Source: Candidatus Latescibacterota bacterium (lineage in GTDB: Bacteria > Latescibacterota > UBA2968). Taken from it: 64,000 nt of DNA. Where the stretch lies: the NCBI GenBank assembly GCA_965208125.1, contig OZ242320.1, positions 1,056,001 to 1,120,000 on the forward strand, read 5' to 3'. Shown piece after piece: positions 8,578 through 17,823 of this stretch. A program made the position numbers and the translations under genes. How positions within the stretch are numbered: position 1 is the stretch's first letter; each line of letters begins with the position of its first letter. A model generated the notes under the pieces. It saw nothing but the letters and a program-made list of their open reading frames with translations, did not search any database and was not told where the DNA came from.

Positions 8578-10910
8578 TTTTTGGCGTACTTATCCAACCA
8601 CTCTGACATCTCCCACAGAACGTGCATAACCGACTCGCGCGCCCGATAGCCGTGGCTCTCGTGCGGCAACATCACCAATCGACAAACAGCGCCGTGCCCC
8701 TTGAGCGCATTGTAAAATCGCTCGCTCTGCATGGGAAACGTACCCGAATTATTATCCGCCTCACCGTGAATAAGCAGCAAAGGCGCACTAATTTTCGGCA
8801 CATGATAAAAAGGAGACATCGCCCCATAAACACCTGCTGCTTGCCAGAACGTGCGCTCTTCTGCCTGAAAACCAAAAGGCGTCAACGTGCGGTTATACGC
8901 GCCACTGCGCGCAATACCACAGCAAAACAAATCGGTATGTGCCAGCAAATTCGCCGTCATAAACCCGCCGTAGGAGTGTCCCCCCACCGCCACTTTTTCT
9001 GGATCGGCCACGCCCAGACGCACCAGCTCATCAACCGCGACCCTTGCACTATCGGCAAGCTGCTCGATATAAGTATCATTTGCCTCGCGATCTCCCTCGC
9101 CCACAATCGGCATCGCCGGACCATCCAGCACAGCATAACCCCGCGCCAAAAAAGGCAACGCGCCGTGCGAACTGATACGCACAAAGCGAAAAGGAGAATC
9201 CTTCACCTGACCCGCGGCATCTGCACTCTTAAATTCGCGGGGATAAGCCCACATCAGCACGGGCAGCGGACCATCGTCTCTTTTATATCCGGGCGGCAAA
9301 TACAACGTCCCATTCAACTGCACCCCATCTTTGCGCTGGTACTGAACCAGCGACTTCTCCACCGCCTTCAACTGCGGCATCGGATGAACAAAATGCGTGA
9401 GCTGCCGCATATCATTGCGCCCTAAATCCCGCACATAATAATTGGTCGGCTCATCAACACTCTCCCGGCTCATCAACACCGTATTGGCATCTATCATCGT
9501 CGTTGGCCGCTCGTAAAACGGCCCCTGGGAATGCATGAGGCGTTCCGCCTTACCCGTCTCCAGATCATAGCGATCCAAAAATGGGCGATCGCCTTTGGGC
9601 GACGCACCATCACCTGCAAAAAACATATAGCGTTGCGACGCATCCGTCATCAACACAGACCGACCATTGGGCAACCGCGTAAACACAGGCGCGCCCGGCG
9701 CGCCATAGCGATCTTCCCACGACCGATCAAACAACACCTGCGGTTCAAAATCCGAATCATCCGGGCGAATGCGCCACGTACGCACGCGCCGCGTCTTCCA
9801 CCAGCGCTCTGAAACCAACGCGAGATCACCCGTCCCCCACGAACACCCACCATAGCGCATCGCCAGCGACATAAGCACGCGCCCATCACCCTCATAAGGC
9901 GCGTCGAGCGCATATACAACATCGCGCACCGCCACATCCACCTCGGGATCGCCGCCATCCTGTGCCACAACCCACGTCACGGTTGCAGGCGCATCTGCCC
10001 GCCAGCCAAACGAACGCGCACCTTCGGGCACGGCATCATAAGCAATCGGAATAGACTCGGCCAATGGCAAATCCACGAGTTCGCGCACCTCGCGTCCGTC
10101 CAGATCCCATATCGCCACCTTTGTTGGAAAACGATACGAAGGCACCAGATACGAAAACGGTCGGTGAATGCTCAACACCAGCATATAACGACCATCTGGC
10201 GACGGATCGGCGCGAAGAATCAACCCGGGAGAACCCAGAGGTCTCACATCGCCATTCAGGCGCACAAGTGCAACCTGCGAAGTGGCATAATATTCAAATA
10301 ACAACTCATCGTGTGCATTCTTCAACAAATCTTGATACGTGCGCGATGGTGCTGCCCGCTCCCCCACATTTTCCTGAATCACCGGACCTCTGGGCACGCG
10401 GGGCACCTCGGGCGGATCACCCCGACCATCACACACCGCGCGCACCAACAGCCCCGAACTATCCGGCAACCAGACCATAGCCCCACCAAACACCTGATTC
10501 AATTTCACATCGCCAACCGGATGTGCCCTGCCCGTCTCCGCATTGCCGACCCAAAGATCAATCCCATTATCCCCCGTCACCGAAAAAGCAAACCACTGCC
10601 CATCGGGCGCCCAATAAGCCCGTCCAATTCTCGCATCCTTCGGCAACCCCGTCACAGGTATCTCACGACCATCGGCAACCCACTTGAGCGTCAGCCCATT
10701 GTAAAACCCCACGCGACTTTGCCCATTCACATCCGGATCCAGGCGCAAACCCGCCAGACGCAACTCGGACCGCGACACCTCCTCAATAGACGGTGCGCCC
10801 GGACGGTGCATCAACAGCAGCACTGTCCTCGTCGGATCAATACTAAACGAAGGCGTCAAAGGCGCGTCAACAATCGCAGCGAGTTCTTCTGGTGGCATCT
10901 CGTAAGACAT
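8571..10910 (-). CDS. S9 family prolyl-oligopeptidase-like serine peptidase (glutamyl endopeptidase type)
   Basis: GGHSYGG nucleophile, SGAYNRTLTPFGFQ, HGEADNNSGTFP, LPHESHGY, N-terminal propeller-like region. Confidence 0.92.
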   Translation of the reverse strand: MSYEMPPEELAAIVDAPLTPSFSIDPTRTVLLLMHRPGAPSIEEVSRSELRLAGLRLDPDVNGQSRVGFYNGLTLKWVADGREIPVTGLPKDARIGRAYWAPDGQWFAFSVTGDNGIDLWVGNAETGRAHPVGDVKLNQVFGGAMVWLPDSSGLLVRAVCDGRGDPPEVPRVPRGPVIQENVGERAAPSRTYQDLLKNAHDELLFEYYATSQVALVRLNGDVRPLGSPGLILRADPSPDGRYMLVLSIHRPFSYLVPSYRFPTKVAIWDLDGREVRELVDLPLAESIPIAYDAVPEGARSFGWRADAPATVTWVVAQDGGDPEVDVAVRDVVYALDAPYEGDGRVLMSLAMRYGGCSWGTGDLALVSERWWKTRRVRTWRIRPDDSDFEPQVLFDRSWEDRYGAPGAPVFTRLPNGRSVLMTDASQRYMFFAGDGASPKGDRPFLDRYDLETGKAERLMHSQGPFYERPTTMIDANTVLMSRESVDEPTNYYVRDLGRNDMRQLTHFVHPMPQLKAVEKSLVQYQRKDGVQLNGTLYLPPGYKRDDGPLPVLMWAYPREFKSADAAGQVKDSPFRFVRISSHGALPFLARGYAVLDGPAMPIVGEGDREANDTYIEQLADSARVAVDELVRLGVADPEKVAVGGHSYGGFMTANLLAHTDLFCCGIARSGAYNRTLTPFGFQAEERTFWQAAGVYGAMSPFYHVPKISAPLLLIHGEADNNSGTFPMQSERFYNALKGHGAVCRLVMLPHESHGYRARESVMHVLWEMSEWLDKYAKKE

Positions 10911-10933
10911 AATTTTTCTGCTCCTTTTTTTGG

Positions 10934-11305
10934 TTACGGTATATCCAGAGAAAATAAAACACCTATCGCAATACCCATCGCCATCATAAATAACCCCCAG
11001 GAAAATCCAAACATGTTCTTTCGAAAAAACTTCTTATACATCCACATCGGCAATGTCACATTTTGTTCTTTATACTTTCTAAATGCTTGATCCAGTTGGA
11101 TTTCAATCAGGCCATCCACAACCTCTTGTAAATGCGAAACCGTTACTTCTCTGTATTTCCCATCCGACATTTTTACAATTAAAGGGTCTCTATCACTTAA
11201 AAACTGAGAATCATTTTTATTATCGTAAACATACCCATCATCATACATCTCCTGCACGATATTCTGCACAATATCTTCAGGGACTTTTACATAAATAGAT
11301 TGCAT
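10934..11305 (-). CDS. Hypothetical protein with one C-terminal transmembrane helix
   Basis: ATG 11305 with GGAGAAG RBS, hydrophobic C-terminus, AT-richer than neighbours. Confidence 0.6.
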   Translation of the reverse strand: MQSIYVKVPEDIVQNIVQEMYDDGYVYDNKNDSQFLSDRDPLIVKMSDGKYREVTVSHLQEVVDGLIEIQLDQAFRKYKEQNVTLPMWMYKKFFRKNMFGFSWGLFMMAMGIAIGVLFSLDIP

Positions 11306-11372
11306 GTTTTCTTCTCCTGTATCAGTTCGACAAGTCCTAAATACTCCCTCAAAACAGGGTAACTCCAATGCT

Positions 11373-11702
11373 TTAGCCCTTGGAGTGCGTCAAATTCACA
11401 GGGCTTATTTCTGCAAGTTCGTCTTTCAAAGATTGCTCTACACGCCACAAATCACAAGCTTGTTGCAGGCGCAACCAGAGTTCGGGACCGTTGCCGACGA
11501 GTTTTCCTATTCTAAGTGCCATTTCTATTGTAATCGGATGCGTACAGGCCAGAACGCGATGCAATTGTTGACGCGAAACACCGAGTCTTCGAGCAGCTTC
11601 ACTAACCGATAACTCAAGCGACGGCAATACATCTTCGCGCAGAATCTCACCCGGATGAACAGGCGCGCGCTTCAACGGACGTTTGACAGAATATTCAGCC
11701 AT
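11373..11702 (-). CDS. higA: HigA family antitoxin (HTH)
   Basis: PVHPGEILREDVL...AARRLGVSRQ...ITIEMALRI...WLRLQ. ATG 11702 with GAGGTG RBS. Confidence 0.92.
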   Translation of the reverse strand: MAEYSVKRPLKRAPVHPGEILREDVLPSLELSVSEAARRLGVSRQQLHRVLACTHPITIEMALRIGKLVGNGPELWLRLQQACDLWRVEQSLKDELAEISPVNLTHSKG

Positions 11703-11709
11703 TGTCACC

Positions 11710-11985
11710 TCAATGATATTGCTCAAGATTGACCCTGAGTGCATCACCATCTTGCCATTCGAACGTAATACACCACGGGCCATTGACGTGGATACTATAA
11801 CGTTTGGGTAATCCTTGCAGACCGTGAAAATTGAATCCCGGCATATTCAAGTCTGTCAATGATTCCGCTTGATCGAGAACTTCCAAACGACGTAAGCAAC
11901 GCCTTTGCAAATCCCAACGCACTCGGCGGCTGTGACCGCGTTCGAAAAGCTCGACAAGACCTTTATGCTTAAAACTTATGATCAT
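11710..11985 (-). CDS. higB: HigB (RelE superfamily) toxin
   Basis: MIISFKHKGL...HGLQG...YSIHVNGPWCITFEW...YH, upstream of higA. Confidence 0.92.
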   Translation of the reverse strand: MIISFKHKGLVELFERGHSRRVRWDLQRRCLRRLEVLDQAESLTDLNMPGFNFHGLQGLPKRYSIHVNGPWCITFEWQDGDALRVNLEQYH

Positions 11986-11992
11986 TTATAGA

Positions 11993-12020
11993 AATGTAAC
12001 ATACTTTGTTACACTGTCAA
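11993..12020 (-). promoter_or_regulatory. higBA promoter with palindromic operator
   Basis: TTGACA (12020-12015), 16 bp, TACATT (11998-11993). Inverted repeat TGTAACA-N5-TGTTACA at 11995-12013. Confidence 0.7.
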
Positions 12021-12089
12021 CAATTATTAATACCTTTCGCGTCGGCACAGGTGTTGACCAGATAAACTCGCGACACAAATTCTCAACAC

Positions 12090-12121
12090 AAAAACGCCAT
12101 CAGCTATTTGCCGATGGCGTT
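12090..12121 (-). terminator. Intrinsic terminator downstream of the lipoprotein gene
   Basis: AACGCCATC...GATGGCGTT stem followed by a T-run on the minus strand. Confidence 0.6.
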
Positions 12122-12184
12122 CATGCTTACATCCATATCGTAAATTGACAAAGCAACGATTGAAACGCAAGAACAAAATTTATG

Positions 12185-12808
12185 CTATTGCCCATATCTT
12201 GTCCACACAAGATGATTATTAGTTTGGATGATTCGTCCTATATTAGTATTGGCTTTCAGAGAATCCAAAAGAGATGAAAATTTCTCTCCACTCATTGACA
12301 TTACAACTGGTGTAAGACTTATTACAGAGGACAAATTAAGTATCCCACGAAGATAGGTCTCAGGCACACTGCGAAGTGTGAGGACACCGATAGTATCAGA
12401 CATACTCCCACTCACGCGGATACTATCAGTGAGTCTCGCGAAGTACAAATAATACCGGTCTTCGGGATTCTCTTTCATACGTCCAATACTGAATGTGCCT
12501 CTGATACCAATGTACGGATCATTGAGGAAATATTTTCCAGAGAACTGCTCATAAAATCTAAAGAATGCATAATTCCACTCGATATAGTGAAAAGAACTAT
12601 CCGCACGGGTGCCGAAGGAATATACTAAACTTGACTCTCTTGGCCAAAAACCACCAGCGAGGTTCTCATAACTCAGTTCTTTATATTGAGGTTCTGGCTT
12701 TGGTTCTGATTCTGTTATAGGTTCTGGCTCAGGCTCAGGTCCTGTACTATTACCGCCACAACTCAGGATACAAAACGCAAGCAGAATACACCAAAACCGG
12801 TTCATCAC
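12185..12808 (-). CDS. Hypothetical lipoprotein
   Basis: Signal peptide with ILSC lipobox followed by a PEPEPEP linker, AT-rich codons. Confidence 0.65.
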   Translation of the reverse strand: MMNRFWCILLAFCILSCGGNSTGPEPEPEPITESEPKPEPQYKELSYENLAGGFWPRESSLVYSFGTRADSSFHYIEWNYAFFRFYEQFSGKYFLNDPYIGIRGTFSIGRMKENPEDRYYLYFARLTDSIRVSGSMSDTIGVLTLRSVPETYLRGILNLSSVISLTPVVMSMSGEKFSSLLDSLKANTNIGRIIQTNNHLVWTRYGQ

Positions 12809-12838
12809 AACCTCCGCTATTTAGCGGCTTGTCACACC

Positions 12839-13972
12839 CTAAAACCATCTCTTGTAATAAAACGGGCTACTTTCATCTTCATTCAACTGCTTCACCACCT
12901 CGTAGAACCACATATCCAGCGGCATCTCATGCGCGTCCAATCGCGGAAAAGGATTAAAATCATCGGACTTCAGCGTCTTGCCGATAACATCCAGCATCCC
13001 CAAACCCAACTCTGGCACATCCACGCGCTGGATACCCGCTCTCTCCATCAATTTATCATACACATAAGACATCGTCGTACCGCCCGGAATAAACGGCAAA
13101 GCGCGCGTCCGCATCACCGGGAAAAACACATTCACCACCTTGCGATCTGTACCATAAGCCTCAGCAGTCGCCGCTTGAATCGCATCCTTGGGCAAATACA
13201 AACTCGTCGAATACGCGCCATTGCGCCCGTATTCCACCGCCGCTGGATCGCGACTCGGCTTATCCAGACTACCGCGCCAATCGCAAAAAGCCGTCACAGC
13301 CACGGAAATCCCCGAATCCATCAGCACATCTGTAAACTGCACAGCCATATCGCCCATCACAAATTTGGTCGCCTCAACAGCCCGCTCAGACAAAGGCGTC
13401 AACTGCCACTGGAACAAACCCTCTGCATCGACATCCTTCACAAATGCCGGAGGATAACCCGGCAAAATCCCCGAACTCGCTGCTGCCGTTGAATTGACAT
13501 AAATCACATCCTCCGCATCGGCTGCTTTGAGCGCATCTACGATCTTATCCAACGCCCTTCCCTCCAATGCGTACCCATCATTAATCCAGTGAAAACGGTC
13601 GCCAAAACCAGCCGCATCTGCGCGCATCTGCATCTCCTCGCCCGTCGCATATCCCAGCGACCTCGACAAATCGCGTGCCACCACCGTCAGACTTCCACTT
13701 TCGGCAACCAGATCGAGCAACGCAGTCGCCACCGAACAACCAATGCCCAACCCCGTCCCCCCAACAATCACAAAATGTCGTCCCCTTACCCAATCGAGCG
13801 CGTATCTATCCACAGCAACGCGCTGTGCCGACTGCCGCTGATCCAGCAATTTAACCGCCTCTACCGGAAACGCCTCAACCTCTTCTTTGCTCGGCCGCGA
13901 AACCGCCGGCGCGCCTTCCACAATACGCACCCCCGGCATCGGACTTGCAAACGGACTTGGAAAATCACTCAT
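12839..13972 (-). CDS. Divergent FabV/trans-2-enoyl-CoA reductase-like Rossmann protein
   Basis: VGGTGLGIG Rossmann loop. Segments resembling FabV (PLSERAVEATKFVMG, RTRALPFIP, RLDAHE). ATG 13972 with AGGAG RBS. Confidence 0.55.
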   Translation of the reverse strand: MSDFPSPFASPMPGVRIVEGAPAVSRPSKEEVEAFPVEAVKLLDQRQSAQRVAVDRYALDWVRGRHFVIVGGTGLGIGCSVATALLDLVAESGSLTVVARDLSRSLGYATGEEMQMRADAAGFGDRFHWINDGYALEGRALDKIVDALKAADAEDVIYVNSTAAASSGILPGYPPAFVKDVDAEGLFQWQLTPLSERAVEATKFVMGDMAVQFTDVLMDSGISVAVTAFCDWRGSLDKPSRDPAAVEYGRNGAYSTSLYLPKDAIQAATAEAYGTDRKVVNVFFPVMRTRALPFIPGGTTMSYVYDKLMERAGIQRVDVPELGLGMLDVIGKTLKSDDFNPFPRLDAHEMPLDMWFYEVVKQLNEDESSPFYYKRWF

Positions 13973-14008
13973 ATTATTTCTCCTATTAAACGTGAAAAGC
14001 ACACCTCT

Positions 14009-14081
14009 TGGACTCCTGCTTTCGCAGGAGTGACGACAGGAATAACTATTGTCATTGCGGCATGGTTTAAGCCGCAATCCA
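14009..14081. repeat. Inverted pair of short palindromic repeats (TGGA-stem-TGAC type)
   Basis: TGGACTCCTGCTTTCGCAGGAGTGAC (14009-14034) and GTCATTGCGGCATGGTTTAAGCCGCAATCCA (14051-14081). Confidence 0.65.
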
Positions 14082-14111
14082 GTGAGCGGTGTTGAAGGGT
14101 CGTCTTACGTC

Positions 14112-16616
14112 TCACCGATTATCCCACTCAATTGTAAAACCCGTACTTTCTTCAAACGCTATCGCGCGTGTATCGGCATCCTCTGGCACCATCGCCACCG
14201 GCATCACCACACGACTTTCATTCAGATAAATTTTTGCCGCACCGCGCACCACACACCCTTCTGGCGTAATTGCCCGCGCTTCTCGGGCAATCTCATCTTG
14301 ATTGGCAGACGGACGCACCCGAATCTCCCACCCAATCCTCTCGCCCACCGCGTTCAGCAACCCGCGATAGCGATTGCCCACCTGAGATGAAATAAAAGCC
14401 GCCTCAATATACGAACCGCCCTTCAGACCCATTTTTGATGGCGCGTGGGATTGATCCCCAAATGCCTTTCGGATCTCGCTATATGCTTTATTGATCTCCC
14501 ATGCATCCTCTCCCTTCTTCGGTATTGCGACTTCTGTCTTTACCCCCCCTGGCCAATCCAGTATCAAATCAAAACCCGTCTTTGCTTTAAAACCCGCTGC
14601 CGCTTCACCGCTCACCCGCTCCCAATCATCCGCCCCCTCCACATCAACCGCCAACACCACCGCCTTTTGATCCAGATGCAGCGCAGGCGCCTTCAAAACC
14701 CTTGCACCTGCGGGTACGGCCTCGCGCGCCTCTTCAAAAAGCCGACCCTGATGCGGCGTCTCCCGCAACCTGAGCGACCAGCCCGTCTCATCCTCCAATC
14801 GGAGAAGCGTCTCGCCATACTGCTCTTGAACCACATCGGGAAAATAAAAAGCCAATTCATACACGCCGTCATCTACATACGCGCTACACTTAAACAACCC
14901 CGCCTCGGGCGGCAAAACCGACATAATATGCGTGCGGGCCTCATTCATCTCCATCGGCCCGGCGGCTTCTGACACCTCTTTGGAATGGAACAAAAACGCC
15001 CGCCGATAATCCGGCTCAAAAAACGCCCGCGAAGCCGTCAACAACAACCGAAAAGCCTCCACCTCTGACGGCGTCGTCATCTCCGTACCGAACCACATCT
15101 CCGCCAATTCCTGTGCGCGAAACGGCCCCTTCGCGCCAGTTTCCCGTACATAATTGTGTACCTCGAAAAGCGTATCATCGCTCAGCGGTCTTCCCCCTGC
15201 AATACCTGCCCGTGAAACGCGCCGACCATAGCCGCGTTGTCGCATCGCCCCCATTGCCTCCACGGAATACGCACCGCCATTTTCCGGCAACTGCACACCC
15301 TCTGGCAAATAAACATCCACCATCGAAGACAATGCGCCGCGCGCCTCTGCATCGCCGTGTACCAAAAAACAGGTACGCGGTTTCAACCTCTGAACCAACC
15401 CCGTCAACTCGCCCCCATCTGCATGCGCCGAAAGCGAATAAGGCTCCACCTGGCACGATACGCGCACGCGCTGCCCATTCAGCATCAACACCCGCTCCTC
15501 GGGATCCCTCGCCTGCATCAGATTCAACAGCGCACGCCCGGGAGACTCTTCATCCTGATACCCCGTTATAGCAATCAAATTCGCTGCATCGCCAGCCAAA
15601 CGCTCGGCATAAAAACTCGACGCGCCTCCGATCAACATCCCCGAAGACGCCACAATACAACACGGCGGCCCTGACAAAACACGGCGGCGATCAGCCGGTG
15701 ACGACACCGCCCCCACAGTATCCGAATAAAAAATATCCTCATCGCGCTCCACCCTGCGCCGCACCGCTGGCGCGAGATCATCGCCAAACGTCGAATACAC
15801 CGCATTCACCGCCCGCACCATTCCATCGACAAACACGGGAAACTCGGGAATCTGCTTGCGCCGCATCGCCTGCGCCAAAATCAGAATAACCTCCTGAGAA
15901 CGCCCCACGGCAAAAGCGGGAATCAAAACCTTGCCGCCCGCTTCAATCACCTCGGCCACGCGCAATGCAAGCGCGGCCTCTTGCTGGGCGCGATCTGCAT
16001 GCTGGCGATTGCCATACGTCGATTCCATCACCATTACATCGGGTCGGCACTGCGGCACAACCATCCCCGGAATAGTCAGTTGATTGGCAACCGACACATC
16101 GCCCGTCATCAAAACACTTTCTCGCACACCCTCAATAAAGATCAACGCCGCACCCAGAATATGCCCGGCGGGAATCCATGTCGCGGTCAAAGCGCCATCG
16201 CAAAGCGGCACCGTTGCAAGCCACGGCACACCCACCATACGCCCCAATGCCGCGTCTGCCGCCTCGGGCGAATAAAGAGGCAACTCGCCATCCCGGTCTT
16301 GCGCCATCAGTTTCACTGCATCTGACAACAACACCCGTGTAATCGCCTGCGTTGCAGGCGTACAAAACACCTTCACACCCGCTGGCAAACTATTCACCAA
16401 CACCGGCAACGCACCCGTATGATCGGTATGCGCGTGTGTAATCAGCACCTCATCGGGTAGCCCCACATCGTCCAGCACCGAAAAATTGGGCAACTGCGAT
16501 CCCTGTGCAGCACCCATTCGAATACCCGCATCCACCAGAATGCGTCGCCCTTCAATCTCAATTAATGTGCAGGAAGCACCGACCTCGTCGGCACCGCCCA
16601 AAAAGTGGAGTTTCAT
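14112..16616 (-). CDS. Beta-CASP (CPSF73-like) metallo-beta-lactamase nuclease with a long C-terminal extension
   Basis: LGGADEVGASC, THAHTDH, AGHILGA, TGD, MESTYG, PAFAVGRSQE, SAHAD, VHGD. Confidence 0.92.
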   Translation of the reverse strand: MKLHFLGGADEVGASCTLIEIEGRRILVDAGIRMGAAQGSQLPNFSVLDDVGLPDEVLITHAHTDHTGALPVLVNSLPAGVKVFCTPATQAITRVLLSDAVKLMAQDRDGELPLYSPEAADAALGRMVGVPWLATVPLCDGALTATWIPAGHILGAALIFIEGVRESVLMTGDVSVANQLTIPGMVVPQCRPDVMVMESTYGNRQHADRAQQEAALALRVAEVIEAGGKVLIPAFAVGRSQEVILILAQAMRRKQIPEFPVFVDGMVRAVNAVYSTFGDDLAPAVRRRVERDEDIFYSDTVGAVSSPADRRRVLSGPPCCIVASSGMLIGGASSFYAERLAGDAANLIAITGYQDEESPGRALLNLMQARDPEERVLMLNGQRVRVSCQVEPYSLSAHADGGELTGLVQRLKPRTCFLVHGDAEARGALSSMVDVYLPEGVQLPENGGAYSVEAMGAMRQRGYGRRVSRAGIAGGRPLSDDTLFEVHNYVRETGAKGPFRAQELAEMWFGTEMTTPSEVEAFRLLLTASRAFFEPDYRRAFLFHSKEVSEAAGPMEMNEARTHIMSVLPPEAGLFKCSAYVDDGVYELAFYFPDVVQEQYGETLLRLEDETGWSLRLRETPHQGRLFEEAREAVPAGARVLKAPALHLDQKAVVLAVDVEGADDWERVSGEAAAGFKAKTGFDLILDWPGGVKTEVAIPKKGEDAWEINKAYSEIRKAFGDQSHAPSKMGLKGGSYIEAAFISSQVGNRYRGLLNAVGERIGWEIRVRPSANQDEIAREARAITPEGCVVRGAAKIYLNESRVVMPVAMVPEDADTRAIAFEESTGFTIEWDNR

Positions 16617-16645
16617 GAAATAGCTTTCAGCGATCAGCAGTCAGC

Positions 16646-16720
16646 GGGCGACCACAGGGGGTCGCCCCTACAAAAATGAACTAATAATATCATCGTAGGG
16701 GACGGCCCCTGTGCCGTCCC
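16646..16720. repeat. Divergent pair of GTAG-type REP elements
   Basis: Minus-strand GTAGGGGCGACCCCCTGTGGTCGCCC (16671-16646) and plus-strand GTAGGGGACGGCCCCTGTGCCGTCCC (16695-16720). Confidence 0.8.
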
Positions 16721-16811
16721 ATTTTAAGTTGTCCCAAAAACCAAAATACGCTATTTTCTCCCCGAGACTGTCCGTACCCAACACACTGCGCGAAATCGGC
16801 ATCCTTTAAAT

Positions 16812-17819
16812 ATGATCCCACGCACCTATCTTTTAATCCTCTTAGCTATCCTGCTCTTCGGCTGCACTGAACGCCAGGTCCGCATCCACTTTGAACAGGC
16901 AGAAAAATATCGCCACGAAGGCAAAATCGACCTCGCAATCGAAGAATACAAAGCCATCATTGCCCTGAGTCCCGATGCGTTTGACGCCCTCAACAACCTG
17001 GGCTATCTCTATGTTGGAAAAGGTCAATATGCCAACGCCATTGCACAATATCAAAAAGCCATCGCCGTCAAACCCGACTTTGCCGAAGCCCACTTCAACC
17101 TGGGCGTCGCCTATGTCGCACATAGCCAACTCGACAGCGCCATAGCCGCGTACCAACGCGCCCTCCAATACGATCCCAAAAACCACGAAATCCACAACAA
17201 CCTGGGCGCCGCCCACACCATGGCAGGCAATCGCACAGAAGCCGAAGTCAGCTACCAACGGGCACTCAAACTCAAACCCGACTACGCCGACGTGTACCAC
17301 AACCTCGGACTACTCTACACTTATGAAAGCCGATATCGAGACGCCATCCCGCAATACGAAAAAGCCATCCGCTACAAACCCAACTTTGCCGACGCGTACA
17401 ATAACATGGGCAGTGCGCACCTCGAATTGGGCCAATACGACGATGCCATTCAGCACTTTCAAACCGCCGTCCGCCTCCAGCCCGATCACGCCCTTGCCCA
17501 GGAAAACCTTCGAGAAACCAAAACGCGCATGGAAGCGCGCGAAGCCGGAGAAATGCGCGCCCAACACATCCTCGTCAAAACCGAAGCCGACGCCCAAAAA
17601 TTGCTCGAACAACTCAACTCAGGTGCCAAATTTGAAGCGCTCGCACAACTCTATTCCACCGACACGGCATCCGGGAGACAGGGCGGCGACCTCGGTGCAT
17701 TCCGCCCCGGCACACTCTTGCCCAAATTTGAACAGGCCGTAAAGAAAATTGAACCTGGAAAAATCGGCGGACCCGTCAAAACCCCGGCCGGTTATCACAT
17801 CATCAAACGCATCTATTAA
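16812..17819 (+). CDS. TPR-repeat lipoprotein with C-terminal parvulin-type PPIase
   Basis: LFGC lipobox, about six 34-aa TPRs, then AQHILV...FEALA...GGDLG.F...F..AV...PVKT.AGYHII. Possible promoter TTGTCC-17-TATTTT at 16729-16757. Confidence 0.9.
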   Translation: MIPRTYLLILLAILLFGCTERQVRIHFEQAEKYRHEGKIDLAIEEYKAIIALSPDAFDALNNLGYLYVGKGQYANAIAQYQKAIAVKPDFAEAHFNLGVAYVAHSQLDSAIAAYQRALQYDPKNHEIHNNLGAAHTMAGNRTEAEVSYQRALKLKPDYADVYHNLGLLYTYESRYRDAIPQYEKAIRYKPNFADAYNNMGSAHLELGQYDDAIQHFQTAVRLQPDHALAQENLRETKTRMEAREAGEMRAQHILVKTEADAQKLLEQLNSGAKFEALAQLYSTDTASGRQGGDLGAFRPGTLLPKFEQAVKKIEPGKIGGPVKTPAGYHIIKRIY

Positions 17820-17823
17820 CCCC

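Noticed and set aside
16900-17520. Periodic DNA similarity as a possible CRISPR array
   Set aside because: It is the 102-bp periodicity of TPR codons in an open frame, with no identical repeats plus spacers and no cas genes.
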